From the IMG/VR virus record IMGVR_UViG_3300026183_000827: a stretch of 64,000 bases of DNA; one strand, 5' to 3'. The stretch's first letter is position 1. Each line of letters starts with the position of its first letter. Both the position numbers and the translations under genes were made by a program. The DNA comes from a virus. This document shows, piece after piece, positions 34,973 through 44,966 of the stretch. The notes below the pieces were generated by a model. That model was not told where the DNA came from and did not search any database. It was given only the letters and a program-made list of their open reading frames with translations.

Positions 34973-35201
34973 TCCTTTAAACACTATACCTATACAACAG
35001 TTTATTCAACAGGTAAAGAGTGCTGAAAACAGCAGAGCAAAAGAAGTTAAGATAGATATTCAGCAGGCAAAAAATCTTGCATTTACTTTAGGTATTGTTA
35101 TGAGTAGGTTAACTTCTGATCTTGAAGAACTTATTAATAAATCTAATAATACCGAAGAAGTTATTAATATTACAATGGACGGCGGCAATAGTTTTGAATA
35201 A
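34959..35201 (+). CDS. Hypothetical protein
   Basis: 80 aa, AGGAG SD. Confidence 0.7.
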   Translation: MSTNSPLNTIPIQQFIQQVKSAENSRAKEVKIDIQQAKNLAFTLGIVMSRLTSDLEELINKSNNTEEVINITMDGGNSFE

Positions 35202-35225
35202 ACTACTCATATAACTTATAAAGAG

Positions 35226-35264
35226 ATAAATATATGCGTATATTATACAAAGGATACGCATATG
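35226..35264 (+). promoter_or_regulatory. Late-promoter box overlapping a 10-bp hairpin that occludes the RBS and start codon
   Basis: ATAAATA 35226-35232; ATATGCGTAT (35232-35241) pairs with ATACGCATAT (35254-35263), which includes the AT of ATG 35262. Confidence 0.7.
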
Positions 35265-35549
35265 AGTAGGCCAAAGCCAAATATATTATTAGAAAAAGTA
35301 AACAACAAAACATATAGAAGCGAACAAGTCCTAGAAGCTGAAGCTATTTGGGCTGTATTCTATATGAATAAAGCTTTTAATCTTAAAAGTTCAAATGCCC
35401 TCACAAATTATCCTGGTCCTAAGTATAAAAAAACTGCTTTTTCTAATCCAGGTCATGCACATAATCTAGCCAAAAAATTAAACGATATGTTTAATTGTGA
35501 TGATTTTACTGTTGTAAAACTCACAGATGGCGAAAAAGTTGACGAATGA
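35262..35549 (+). CDS. Hypothetical protein (MSRPKP...GPKYKK...NPGHA)
   Basis: 95-aa ORF. Confidence 0.8.
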   Translation: MSRPKPNILLEKVNNKTYRSEQVLEAEAIWAVFYMNKAFNLKSSNALTNYPGPKYKKTAFSNPGHAHNLAKKLNDMFNCDDFTVVKLTDGEKVDE

Positions 35550-35932
35550 ATAAGGAAGCATATACTAAGATTTTTCTAAAAGAAAAAGGATTAGCTATTA
35601 GTGATGCTAATCTAAAACAATACATGCCTATATGGTGGCAAAATACTAGAAATAAATCACAAGGCGGCTTACGTTTAACAGAAGAAGGATATAATACTTT
35701 ACAAGAAATTGGCATAGAAGTTTATGATATACCATATCCTAAAGATATGCCACTTACTACACAAGTTATTATATTTTTAGATCAATTTATTGATTGTCCA
35801 TATTTTCTTACAAATAGAAGTATAACTGTAACTAATGAAAAGAAAGCTGTCGAGCTAACTCTCTTTAGTGGAGATTTACGTAAATACGGCATTATAAAAG
35901 CAATGAAAAGGCAAGGCAAAGATGTGGAATAG
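35546..35932 (+). CDS. Hypothetical protein
   Basis: 128-aa coupled ORF (GGLRLTEEG). Confidence 0.75.
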   Translation: MNKEAYTKIFLKEKGLAISDANLKQYMPIWWQNTRNKSQGGLRLTEEGYNTLQEIGIEVYDIPYPKDMPLTTQVIIFLDQFIDCPYFLTNRSITVTNEKKAVELTLFSGDLRKYGIIKAMKRQGKDVE

Positions 35933-36416
35933 AGGACACATAACTCCAAAATGGAAAGAAGAATACAAAAGATTTAATTATACACATAAAGAAGCACATC
36001 CTGCAGATGTAGAATATTGGCGAAGACAAGGTTACACTTACAATACTTTTACAGGAGACATGTTTGCTAAACAAGATCAAATGCCCGATTGGGTTAATGA
36101 TATGCAAAATGAAATAGGGTTATTTGATTGTGGATTTACATTCTACAAAATGAAGTCTGGTATTGTTATGCCTAAACATGTAGATCACTTTGAAACATAT
36201 TGTAGAATATTTAATTGCAAAAAGAATCAAGTTTGGAGAGCAATTGTTGCTTTAGAAGACTGGCAAAGTGGCCATTATTTTGAGATTGATAACACTCCTA
36301 TAATTGATTATAAAGCGGGCGATTATGTCATTTGGAGTCATGAAATGGAACATATGGCTGCAAATTTAGGACAAAATACTAGATATACTTTACAGATTAC
36401 TGGAAAAAAATTGTAA
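35922..36416 (+). CDS. Putative 2OG-Fe(II) oxygenase / cupin
   Basis: PKHVD...HMAANLG...RYTLQIT. Confidence 0.7.
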   Translation: MWNRGHITPKWKEEYKRFNYTHKEAHPADVEYWRRQGYTYNTFTGDMFAKQDQMPDWVNDMQNEIGLFDCGFTFYKMKSGIVMPKHVDHFETYCRIFNCKKNQVWRAIVALEDWQSGHYFEIDNTPIIDYKAGDYVIWSHEMEHMAANLGQNTRYTLQITGKKL

Positions 36417-36454
36417 GCTATTGATTATTAAGCTAATCTTTTTTATGAAAAAGG

Positions 36455-36482
36455 TTGACTTTTGCTGTAGTGATGCTATTAT
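36455..36482 (+). promoter_or_regulatory. Sigma70-like promoter with extended -10
   Basis: TTGACT-N16-TATTAT, with TG at the extended -10 position. Confidence 0.6.
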
Positions 36483-36518
36483 ATATACATACTTAGCAAA
36501 TACAGAAGGGCTTAAATT

Positions 36519-37607
36519 ATGGAAACCGTAGCAACTCGTACAGTTACACCAAAAACTGCTAAATCATCAGTTAAGCATGCACTAACAAAACAACGTCCTA
36601 TCTTCCTTTGGGGACCTCCAGGTATTGGTAAGTCTGATATTGTTGCGCAAATTACAAACAGTTTGCCTAACTCACATTTGATCGATGTTCGTTTGTCACT
36701 ATGGGATCCTACTGACATTAAAGGTATTCCGTACTTTGATTCTAATACTAGCACAATGCAATGGGCACCGCCTGCAGAACTTCCTTCAGAAGAGTTTGCG
36801 GCACAATACGACAATATTGTATTGTTCCTAGACGAAATGAACTCTGCGGCTCCTGCTGTACAGGCAGCGGCTTATCAACTTATTCTTAACCGCAAGGTTG
36901 GTACTTATAAATTGCCAGACAATGTTATGATTGTTGCGGCAGGTAACCGTGAAGCAGACAAAGGTGTTACTTACCGTATGCCTGCTCCGCTTGCTAATCG
37001 CTTTATCCACTTGGAAATGACTGTATCATTTGATGACTGGTTTGAGTGGGCTGTTGATAATAACATTCATTCAGATGTTGTAGGTTATTTGCAATTTAGT
37101 AAACAGGATCTATATGATTTTGATCCGAAATCATCTAGTCGTTCTTTTGCAACGCCTCGTTCGTGGTCATTTGTATCAGAATTACTTGAAGATAAAATTG
37201 ACGAAAACACCACTACAGATCTAGTTTCGGGTGCAGTAGGTGAAGGACTAGCTGTTAAGTTTATGGCACATCGCAAAATTGCTTCGGATATGCCTAATCC
37301 AACAGATATCTTAGCAGGTAAAGTCAAAGACTTGCATAACAAAGAAATTAGTGCAATGTATTCACTTACAGTATCTCTTTGCTATGAGTTAAAAGAGGCG
37401 TCAGACAAGAACGATAAAAAGTTTGACAACAAAGTTAACAACTTTCTGCGTTTTGCAATGGATAACTTTGATACAGAACTAGTTGTAATGGGAATTAAAC
37501 TTGCACTAACACAGTATTCACTACCCATTGATCCAGATGAAGTTGAATGTTTTGATGAATTTCACGATCGTTATGGCAAATATATTAAGGCAGCACAGAC
37601 TGCTTAA
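36519..37607 (+). CDS. MoxR-like AAA+ ATPase
   Basis: GPPGIGKS, LFLDEMN, AAGNR, LANRF, TPRSW. Confidence 0.9.
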   Translation: METVATRTVTPKTAKSSVKHALTKQRPIFLWGPPGIGKSDIVAQITNSLPNSHLIDVRLSLWDPTDIKGIPYFDSNTSTMQWAPPAELPSEEFAAQYDNIVLFLDEMNSAAPAVQAAAYQLILNRKVGTYKLPDNVMIVAAGNREADKGVTYRMPAPLANRFIHLEMTVSFDDWFEWAVDNNIHSDVVGYLQFSKQDLYDFDPKSSSRSFATPRSWSFVSELLEDKIDENTTTDLVSGAVGEGLAVKFMAHRKIASDMPNPTDILAGKVKDLHNKEISAMYSLTVSLCYELKEASDKNDKKFDNKVNNFLRFAMDNFDTELVVMGIKLALTQYSLPIDPDEVECFDEFHDRYGKYIKAAQTA

Positions 37608-37610
37608 GAT

Positions 37611-37655
37611 ACAAAACGAACGGTCTCTTTTGAGGCCGTTTGGCTTTGTTTTTTT
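37611..37655 (+). terminator. Rho-independent terminator
   Basis: CGAACGGTCTC-TTTT-GAGGCCGTTTG stem followed by a T run. Confidence 0.75.
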
Positions 37656-37657
37656 GG

Positions 37658-37686
37658 TTGACAAATTCATTAAATACTGTTATACT
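37658..37686 (+). promoter_or_regulatory. Sigma70-like promoter with extended -10
   Basis: TTGACA-N17-TATACT, with TG at the extended -10 position. Confidence 0.8.
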
Positions 37687-37723
37687 ATATGTATAGAAAA
37701 TGGTAAACAGAAGGGCAAATGAA

Positions 37724-39052
37724 ATGGCTGTTTTAGTAAGCGAAAAAAATACTGCTAGTAAACTAAAAAACTGGCAACCTGATCCAAATATTACTCCTGA
37801 ACAACTAGAAGAAATGCGTGTTGAAGTATACGACCGCATTATTGTTGCACGAGTAGGTTTGTTATTACGTCACCCATTTTTTGGCAATATGGCAACTAGA
37901 TTAAAAATACTCGCTGCCGATGATTGGTGTCCTACTGCTGCCGTTGATGGCAAAAATCTTTACTACAACACTCAATTCTTTAATGCTATGAACAATAAAG
38001 AAATTGAGTTTGTTATTGCACACGAAATTTTGCACTGTGTATTTGATCACCTAGAACGTCGAAATTGGCAGGATCGTAACTTAGATCCTATGATTAGTAA
38101 CATTGCACAAGACTATATTGTAAACAATGTTTTGGTAAGAGACAAAATTGGTGAAAAACCTAGTATTGTTGATTGCTTTCAAGATTTTAAATACGATAAT
38201 TGGACTTCCGAAGAAGTATACGAAGATATCTTTAACAAGTATGACGAAGAACAGTTACGTCAATTAGGAGAATTGTTAGACGAACACCTTGATCCAGAAG
38301 AAGGCGATGGTGCAGCCGACGGCGATGCTGGCGAAGAAAAAGATGTAAATGGCAACGGTGTAAGCAAGAAAAAACCAAAGTATTCTAAAGAAGACTTACG
38401 TAAAATACGTGACGAAATTAAAGAAAATATGATTTCGGCAGCGCAAAGTGCTGGTGCAGGTAACGTTCCTGCAGGTGTTCAGCGTATGATCAAAGAGCTT
38501 ACTGAGCCTAAGATGAACTGGCGTCAACTGCTTCGTCAGCAAATCCAAAGTATTATTAAGCATGACTTTACTTTTTCTCGTCCTTCACGTAAAGGTTGGC
38601 ACGTAGGTGCTGTACTTCCAGGTCAAAACTTTGACGAAACAATTGACATTTGTTTGGCTCTTGATATGAGTGGTTCAATTGGCAATTCGCAAGCATCTGA
38701 TTTCTTAGGCGAAGTAAAAGGCATCATGGAAGAATTTAAAGATTATAATATTAAAATCTGGTGCTTTGACACTGCTGTATACAATGAACAAAGTTACAGT
38801 GCAGACGGTGGTGAAGACTTAATGGATTACGAAATTAAAGGCGGAGGCGGCACTGATTTTATGTGTAATTGGGAATATATGAAAGAAAACGACATTGTTC
38901 CTAAAAAGTTCATTATGTTCACAGACGGATATGCTTGGGATAGTTGGGGTGATCCTGACTATTGCGAATCAATCTTTTTAATTCACTCTAACCACGATCA
39001 AAATTTACAGGCACCGTTTGGTACTACCGTGCATTACGATAAGGCAGCATGA
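37724..39052 (+). CDS. DUF2201-type metallopeptidase-like plus vWA domain protein (MoxR partner)
   Basis: HEILH, MIDAS DMSGS, GGGGTDF, FTDG; start moved to ATG 37724. Confidence 0.88.
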   Translation: MAVLVSEKNTASKLKNWQPDPNITPEQLEEMRVEVYDRIIVARVGLLLRHPFFGNMATRLKILAADDWCPTAAVDGKNLYYNTQFFNAMNNKEIEFVIAHEILHCVFDHLERRNWQDRNLDPMISNIAQDYIVNNVLVRDKIGEKPSIVDCFQDFKYDNWTSEEVYEDIFNKYDEEQLRQLGELLDEHLDPEEGDGAADGDAGEEKDVNGNGVSKKKPKYSKEDLRKIRDEIKENMISAAQSAGAGNVPAGVQRMIKELTEPKMNWRQLLRQQIQSIIKHDFTFSRPSRKGWHVGAVLPGQNFDETIDICLALDMSGSIGNSQASDFLGEVKGIMEEFKDYNIKIWCFDTAVYNEQSYSADGGEDLMDYEIKGGGGTDFMCNWEYMKENDIVPKKFIMFTDGYAWDSWGDPDYCESIFLIHSNHDQNLQAPFGTTVHYDKAA

Positions 39053-39327
39053 TTAAAGAAAAAACATTAAAACCATTAGAAATACTCGAGGCGAGACAGC
39101 TTCGATTTTCGCCGCCGCATTTCGAATGTGTGGACATTACACTAAGATATAACTTAGAAGATTCTTTAATCAAATGGATTAAAAAAAATCTTAAAAAACG
39201 TTTTTATGTCGGAAAAAATATTAAAGTATCAAACAACAGTAAAAAAATATTATTAACTGTTTCTTTTGAAGATTCAAAAGAACTTAGTTATTTCATGTTA
39301 GCTTGTCCACATTTAAAGTATAACTAA
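39049..39327 (+). CDS. Hypothetical protein
   Basis: 92-aa coupled ORF. Confidence 0.7.
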   Translation: MIKEKTLKPLEILEARQLRFSPPHFECVDITLRYNLEDSLIKWIKKNLKKRFYVGKNIKVSNNSKKILLTVSFEDSKELSYFMLACPHLKYN

Positions 39328-39365
39328 ATAAACTGCGCATATATAATTGTATAGGAGAATAAAAT

Positions 39366-39599
39366 ATGAGCGATGAAACTAAAGTAGAAGAAACTGCAAC
39401 TCAAGAAGCACCGGCAACTGAAAGTAATGCACCTGATTTGACAGTAAACGATCTACAAGCTTTGAAAAGTATTATTGACGTAGCTAGCCAACGTGGAGCA
39501 TTTAAACCAAACGAAATGGTTACAGTTGGTCAAACTTATAATAAATTAGAACAATTTTTAGGAGCAGTTGCCGTAACGCAACAAACTCAAACATCCTAA
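39366..39599 (+). CDS. Hypothetical protein
   Basis: CTAAATA box (39324-39330) and AGGAG SD upstream; IIDVASQRGAF motif. Confidence 0.8.
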   Translation: MSDETKVEETATQEAPATESNAPDLTVNDLQALKSIIDVASQRGAFKPNEMVTVGQTYNKLEQFLGAVAVTQQTQTS

Positions 39600-39610
39600 G
39601 GGAGGAAATT

Positions 39611-40201
39611 ATGTTAAAACACGTTGGCCGCATGGCTAAGAATAAAAGAAAAATAGTAGTAGCTTATAGAGTAGTACCCGATGAACCGGATAATTGTATT
39701 GTTGTTACTACAGAAAACCTAATGGCCGAAGAACACGATGCACTAATGAAACTAGTTGAATCTGATGCAGGCCAATCAGAAGAGCATCTTGCAAATGCTA
39801 TGGCACGTTCTAGAATGCCAGATGGTAAAATTATGTTAGCTGCATTGCATACTACTGGCAAAATGGTTAAGGTTGCAACTGCTGATGTCGAAATGACTCC
39901 TAACTCTAACACAGTAATTAAATTATCAGAACTAAACGAAGTTATTGCTGGACAAAAAGGAGTTACTGTTGCAGATTTGGCTGTACAAGACAACTCTCCA
40001 GCAGCTAGACAGCAACAACGCACAACTAGCGCAGAAGCAACTAGTACAGACGGTGTGTTATCAGATGAAGATTTAGCAGCTCAATATAGATCACAAGCAG
40101 ATGCTATGTTTAAAGAAGCAAAAAGACTTCGCGAGCAGGCCGAAGAGCTAGTGCCTACAAAAAAGAAAGCCAAAACAAAGGCCGAAGAAGGTGTCGGATA
40201 A
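39611..40201 (+). CDS. Hypothetical protein
   Basis: GGAGG SD; MLKHVG start. Confidence 0.8.
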   Translation: MLKHVGRMAKNKRKIVVAYRVVPDEPDNCIVVTTENLMAEEHDALMKLVESDAGQSEEHLANAMARSRMPDGKIMLAALHTTGKMVKVATADVEMTPNSNTVIKLSELNEVIAGQKGVTVADLAVQDNSPAARQQQRTTSAEATSTDGVLSDEDLAAQYRSQADAMFKEAKRLREQAEELVPTKKKAKTKAEEGVG

Positions 40202-40499
40202 ACTTCCTGAACATATTGTAGATCAATGGCCAGAAATTTTAAAAGACATCGAGATAAAAGCTGTTCCAATAGAGTATCTTAGATTTGTTAGTGTTTACTT
40301 TCACGACGGCGAAATATGGGAAATAGATGTTAGGCAGGAACTTCTAGAAGATTCTGAAACATCTTTAGAAGAAATACTAGAAGAATTTTTTGATCAAAAC
40401 AACGAAGAAATTAAAAAAATTGATTTCCAAATTGACGCTCCTTCTATGATATCTGATATTAAAAGTAAAACTAAAACTTTTATGAAGAAAAGAAAGTAA
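40191..40499 (+). CDS. Hypothetical protein
   Basis: 102-aa ORF. Confidence 0.7.
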   Translation: MSDKLPEHIVDQWPEILKDIEIKAVPIEYLRFVSVYFHDGEIWEIDVRQELLEDSETSLEEILEEFFDQNNEEIKKIDFQIDAPSMISDIKSKTKTFMKKRK

Positions 40500-40519
40500 A
40501 GGTAATATCTACTTATTAG

Positions 40520-40526
40520 ATAAATA
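40520..40526 (+). promoter_or_regulatory. T4-late-like promoter box ATAAATA
   Basis: Upstream of AGGAG SD of the tail-fibre-like gene. Confidence 0.55.
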
Positions 40527-40555
40527 TATATAATAAACGGATCAGGAGTAAAATA

Positions 40556-42115
40556 ATGGCATTACGTCTAAGAAGAGGAACAGACGCAGAACGTCAGTTA
40601 ATAACCCCTTTAGAAGGTGAGTTAGTTTATGTTACGGATACAAAGTCCTTATATGTAGGCGATGGAAACACACAAGGCGGGGTTCTTATTGCTACTTCTG
40701 GGGAAGTTTCCAATACATTAGCAGGATTATTAGATACAGACTTTGTTGCATTACAAGATGGTGATGTAATACGATATGACCAAACAACAGGAGAATGGAT
40801 TAATTCTCAATCTGCATTAGAACTTGATGATATATTAGATGTATTATTAACAGGATCTGTATACGGAGATGTACTTTTTTATGACGGTAACAACTGGAAA
40901 AATTTAGCATCTACGGATCTTGTAGATGATGCAATTAGTGCAATTACGCTAAACGAAATTAACGGTGTTATATATACTAGAACTCCTAAATACGGAGACG
41001 TTTTAACACACGACGGTAACACATGGAAAAATTTAGATATTAAAGATTATGCTGATTATATTCTAAGCAAATCTCAATCTCATAGGCTTACTTTAGTAGG
41101 CAACGATAGTACAATTCTAGTTGATCCAGTAACAAATACACTAAGAGGTACACTAGAAGGTGATGTTTACGGTACATTATACGACGGTCTAGGTAATTTA
41201 ATCATCGACGAATTTAGTAAAGCTGCTCTTGTAGATGTTAGAGATCCTACTAATACACATACAGTTTTAGATAACTTTACAGGTGAATTAAAAAGAGGCG
41301 AAAACGGACAAACAATTATTCAAGGTGGGGCTTCGCCAGTATTCATTGGTAGCGTAGATGGGCCTGTAAGAGGTACTGTTGTAGGTCCAGATTTAAACAT
41401 CATTCTTAACCATGATACAGCAACACTAACAGGCCAATTAATTGGTAGTGTATTTACAGATGACAGTTTAACAGTAGTTGATGGCCTAACAGGTAATGTT
41501 AATACACCGTTACTAACAGCTGATGACATTAATGCTTCTATAATTACAGCTAGTTTAACTGATCCATTTTCGGGTGATGTAAAAGACGTTGAATTTGTTT
41601 CTTCAGAAACCGAAGACGTAGGTATAAGAATATTTAGACAAGCACAGGTTGCAGATGCATTACAAACAGATATTGGTACAATATATTTTGATTCTGTAGA
41701 CAAAAACGCAGGCGACTTTCAAAGTACTGGATCTTACATTACGTCAACAGCACAGCAAAACGGTACAGATCCATATCTAAAAACAAAAATTAGCATGGGT
41801 ACTATTGACGGTGCTGGTAATCCTACTTCAGACAACAACTTTACTATTACTTGGGAAGGTAATTTTGGTGTAGGTAAAGATGATCCTAGTACTAAACTCG
41901 ATGTTAATGGAGATATTAAAGCTTCGAATTCAATAGCACCTGGTTCTTTTGCAGATGCAACAGCACGAGATGCTACAATAACATCACCAGCAGCAGGTAT
42001 GATTGTTTTTTTACAAGATAATCAAGGCTTCTTTGCATATGTTGACGACACAGGACTAGCGGGCGGTGGACCATCAAATGCTACACCTGGTTGGTTACAA
42101 CTAAGTTACATTTAA
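40556..42115 (+). CDS. Tail fibre / virion structural protein with Mtd-N-like N-terminus
   Basis: LRLRRGT...EGELVYVTDTKSLYVGDG; repeated GDVLxYDGxxWxN; GxLxG repeats; C-terminal FGVG...PSTKLDVNG. Confidence 0.75.
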   Translation: MALRLRRGTDAERQLITPLEGELVYVTDTKSLYVGDGNTQGGVLIATSGEVSNTLAGLLDTDFVALQDGDVIRYDQTTGEWINSQSALELDDILDVLLTGSVYGDVLFYDGNNWKNLASTDLVDDAISAITLNEINGVIYTRTPKYGDVLTHDGNTWKNLDIKDYADYILSKSQSHRLTLVGNDSTILVDPVTNTLRGTLEGDVYGTLYDGLGNLIIDEFSKAALVDVRDPTNTHTVLDNFTGELKRGENGQTIIQGGASPVFIGSVDGPVRGTVVGPDLNIILNHDTATLTGQLIGSVFTDDSLTVVDGLTGNVNTPLLTADDINASIITASLTDPFSGDVKDVEFVSSETEDVGIRIFRQAQVADALQTDIGTIYFDSVDKNAGDFQSTGSYITSTAQQNGTDPYLKTKISMGTIDGAGNPTSDNNFTITWEGNFGVGKDDPSTKLDVNGDIKASNSIAPGSFADATARDATITSPAAGMIVFLQDNQGFFAYVDDTGLAGGGPSNATPGWLQLSYI

Positions 42116-42147
42116 ACCATAATAATTAATAATACTCCTTTGTGTTA

Positions 42148-42154
42148 ATAAATA
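42148..42154 (+). promoter_or_regulatory. T4-late-like promoter box ATAAATA for the desaturase operon
   Basis: Followed by GGAG SD and ATG 42175. Confidence 0.55.
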
Positions 42155-42174
42155 ATATACACATCGGAGCATTT

Positions 42175-42921
42175 ATGAATCATAATACTGTTGTAAGATC
42201 TCTTCAAATTTTAACTCACTTACTTGCACTATACGGTGTGTATTATAGTGTAGTAAATTCAGCATGGGCATTTTTAGGAACGAGTGTATTAGTATACTGG
42301 TTTATAGGAGTCTTTGGAATTAATATAGGATATCATAGACTGATATCACATAGAAGTTTTGAAACATACAAACCTATTGAATATTTACTTGCACTAATAG
42401 GTTGCATAACTTCAATTGGTAGTCCATTAGCATGGAGTGTTTTACATAGGCATCATCACGGTCATGCTGAAAAAGATACAGATGTTCATAGTCCTTATCA
42501 TTTAGGATGGTTTAGAGCCTGGTTTGGATTGTGGAGTGTTCCGCATATTAGTCCTAAGCTGTCAAGAGATCTAAGAAAAATAAAGTTTTATAGATTTACA
42601 CACAAATATTATTTACATATAATTGCTTTATATATTCTAATACTTGCACTAATTGACCCGTTATTTATTGTTTATGTGTATGCAATACCTGCTGTATTAG
42701 TGCTACATAGCACTAGCGCAATAATAGTAATAGCTCATATGCACGGATACAAAACACATAACACAGATGATGAAAGTCGTAACAGTTGGATTGCAAGTTT
42801 AATTACACTAGGTGAAGGTTGGCACAACAATCATCATAACAATAGTAAAGCATGGAACAACCAAGAGCGTTGGTGGGAACTTGATCCGCCTGCTTGGATA
42901 ATTAGAGCTATAAAAAAATGA
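42175..42921 (+). CDS. Membrane fatty acid desaturase (delta-9-like)
   Basis: His boxes HRLISH, HRHHH, GEGWHNNHH; start moved to ATG 42175. Confidence 0.92.
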   Translation: MNHNTVVRSLQILTHLLALYGVYYSVVNSAWAFLGTSVLVYWFIGVFGINIGYHRLISHRSFETYKPIEYLLALIGCITSIGSPLAWSVLHRHHHGHAEKDTDVHSPYHLGWFRAWFGLWSVPHISPKLSRDLRKIKFYRFTHKYYLHIIALYILILALIDPLFIVYVYAIPAVLVLHSTSAIIVIAHMHGYKTHNTDDESRNSWIASLITLGEGWHNNHHNNSKAWNNQERWWELDPPAWIIRAIKK

Positions 42922-43664
42922 ATTACGGAACAAAAGTACAATTATTAACATTGTTAAATCATATAGTTTTAGCTATTGGCATTTACTATACTAATAACTG
43001 GTCACTATTATGGTTAGGATTATTAATGTATTTGTTTGTAGGACTTTTTGCAGCAAATATATCTATGCATAGATATTTGTCTCACAGAAGTTTTGAAACT
43101 GGACCATTGCGTGAAAAGTTTTTAAAATATGTAAGTGTACTTGCATGTTTTGGAAGTCCTTTAAGTTGGGCTGCGCTACATAGACATCATCACAAAACAA
43201 GCGACACAGAATTAGACATACAAAATCCAAAAACTATAGGAGCTCTCAGAAGCTGGAGTAGCTTATATCCCGAAACAAATATAAGTCCAAGACTTGTAGG
43301 CGATATGTTACGAGACAAAGATATAAAATTTATTCATAATAATTATTTTACAATTATAACAGTAATTTATATTATATTATTTTTAATTGATCCTATGTTA
43401 CTAGTTTGGGGATTTGTTTTTCCAGCAGTATTAAGTTTTCACGGAGCGGCAGCAATAGGTGTTATTCCACATTACCAATGGGCTGGTTATAAAGTAGTAG
43501 AATCTAATGATGACAGTGTTAACAGTCCACTTGCATGTCTTTTAAGTTTAGGTGAAGGATGGCACAACTATCATCACTATAAATCTGCAGATTATAGACA
43601 CGGACACAAATGGTGGGAATTAGACCCTAGTGCTTGGATAATTGAAAGGATATTTTTAAAATGA
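42918..43664 (+). CDS. Membrane fatty acid desaturase (delta-9-like), second paralog
   Basis: HRYLSH, HRHHH, GEGWHNYHH. Confidence 0.92.
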   Translation: MNYGTKVQLLTLLNHIVLAIGIYYTNNWSLLWLGLLMYLFVGLFAANISMHRYLSHRSFETGPLREKFLKYVSVLACFGSPLSWAALHRHHHKTSDTELDIQNPKTIGALRSWSSLYPETNISPRLVGDMLRDKDIKFIHNNYFTIITVIYIILFLIDPMLLVWGFVFPAVLSFHGAAAIGVIPHYQWAGYKVVESNDDSVNSPLACLLSLGEGWHNYHHYKSADYRHGHKWWELDPSAWIIERIFLK

Positions 43665-44218
43665 CACCAGATGATTACTATATGAACTTTGCCTACGTTA
43701 GTGAAAAATGGCTGTTTGAATATATGACAGAACATTATGCTAACTCAGATAACACTGAATGGTTAGAACAAATAGAAGACGAACTTAAACATACTAAAAT
43801 GTGTCAAGGTGCTTTACGTAAACAAGGTGTTGACTATTACGACGATACAAAGTATAGTATAGAAGCAGCAATATATGGAGATTTAGGAAATTTTTATCCT
43901 ACTAATGATGAAGAGTTTAGTGCGCTAAGTTGGATTGTAGAAAAACGTGCATTATTCTTGTATCGTTATTATATGCGTAACGGCAATAATGATTTGTATA
44001 GAAAAATTACACAAGGTATTATTGACGATGAAATGAAACATGTCGGCTTTCATAACGAAGAAATAACACCTTCACACAAACGTATAAGAGAAATTGATAA
44101 AGCAATATTTACAGCATTTAACGAAACTTATGGACGCAAAGGAATGTTTGGTCAACAATTTTGGGAAGATTTGTTTACTGGAAAAATTAAGGACAAAGTA
44201 GATGTCAAACTACCTTGA
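43661..44218 (+). CDS. Ferritin-like di-iron protein
   Basis: E...DELKH...E...DEMKH four-helix di-iron pattern. Confidence 0.75.
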   Translation: MTPDDYYMNFAYVSEKWLFEYMTEHYANSDNTEWLEQIEDELKHTKMCQGALRKQGVDYYDDTKYSIEAAIYGDLGNFYPTNDEEFSALSWIVEKRALFLYRYYMRNGNNDLYRKITQGIIDDEMKHVGFHNEEITPSHKRIREIDKAIFTAFNETYGRKGMFGQQFWEDLFTGKIKDKVDVKLP

Positions 44219-44966
44219 TTACGTTTCAAATACTAGTTGGGTAGATATTACTCCAATGTTTTCAGTTTGTCCTGTAGATAAAATTATGCAGGAAATACAT
44301 TCCGTTGAAAATATGTTTTTAGAAGAACGTGATCCAGAACAGTATAAAACTATGCAAGAAAAAGGTGCTACAGGCATCGGTGAACATTTTGATAATCAAA
44401 AGAATTGGGAAGCTGTAACATTGTTTAGTAGTACAGGTGACTACAAAGATATTTTAACACAGGGAATTTTACCTAATCAAGACCTTAAAACATATATGGA
44501 AAGTTTTAGAAACTTACGTAATCATAAATGGACACAACTAGCAAAATTAATGCCAAATACTGTAAAATGGATTAAAGATGAAATTGGTCAGTATATGCAA
44601 TTTAGTTATATTAAAATTGCTAAACTAGGACCTGGTGGAGATGTGCCTGTGCATACAGATGTTCCGCACGAAGATTTTGATTTTTTAAATACACAGAATA
44701 CATATAATATGCTTAATAGTTTTTTAGTAGAACTAAACTTTCCTAAAGGCGTTACAGCATGGCACGACGGTGTTGAATTGCCATATCAACAAGGAAGTAT
44801 TATATTTTGTAACCAAAGTAAATCACATGGCACAATAAATCGTAGTAATGAAACACGATATAATTTAAGAATACAAGGTTTGCATAATAAAAAATTTAGA
44901 AACGACTTAATGCAATTGGCTAAAAATTACAATATGTACCCTTCTACAAGCACTCAATACCTGTAA
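44202..44966 (+). CDS. 2OG-Fe(II) oxygenase, Asp/Asn beta-hydroxylase-like
   Basis: LGPGGDVPVHTD...HGTIN...RYNLRI. Confidence 0.75.
   Translation: MSNYLDYVSNTSWVDITPMFSVCPVDKIMQEIHSVENMFLEERDPEQYKTMQEKGATGIGEHFDNQKNWEAVTLFSSTGDYKDILTQGILPNQDLKTYMESFRNLRNHKWTQLAKLMPNTVKWIKDEIGQYMQFSYIKIAKLGPGGDVPVHTDVPHEDFDFLNTQNTYNMLNSFLVELNFPKGVTAWHDGVELPYQQGSIIFCNQSKSHGTINRSNETRYNLRIQGLHNKKFRNDLMQLAKNYNMYPSTSTQYL

Noticed and set aside
478-41703. Many minus-strand and alternate-frame ORFs in the track (e.g. 1341..1727, 17285..17743, 22141..22611, 39664..40023)
   Set aside because: They lie inside or antisense to well-supported genes, lack SD or motifs, and are expected shadows of the coding strand
40556-42115. 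Diversity-generating retroelement suggested by the Mtd-N-like domain
   Set aside because: No reverse transcriptase, template/variable repeat pair or C-type lectin variable region in the window
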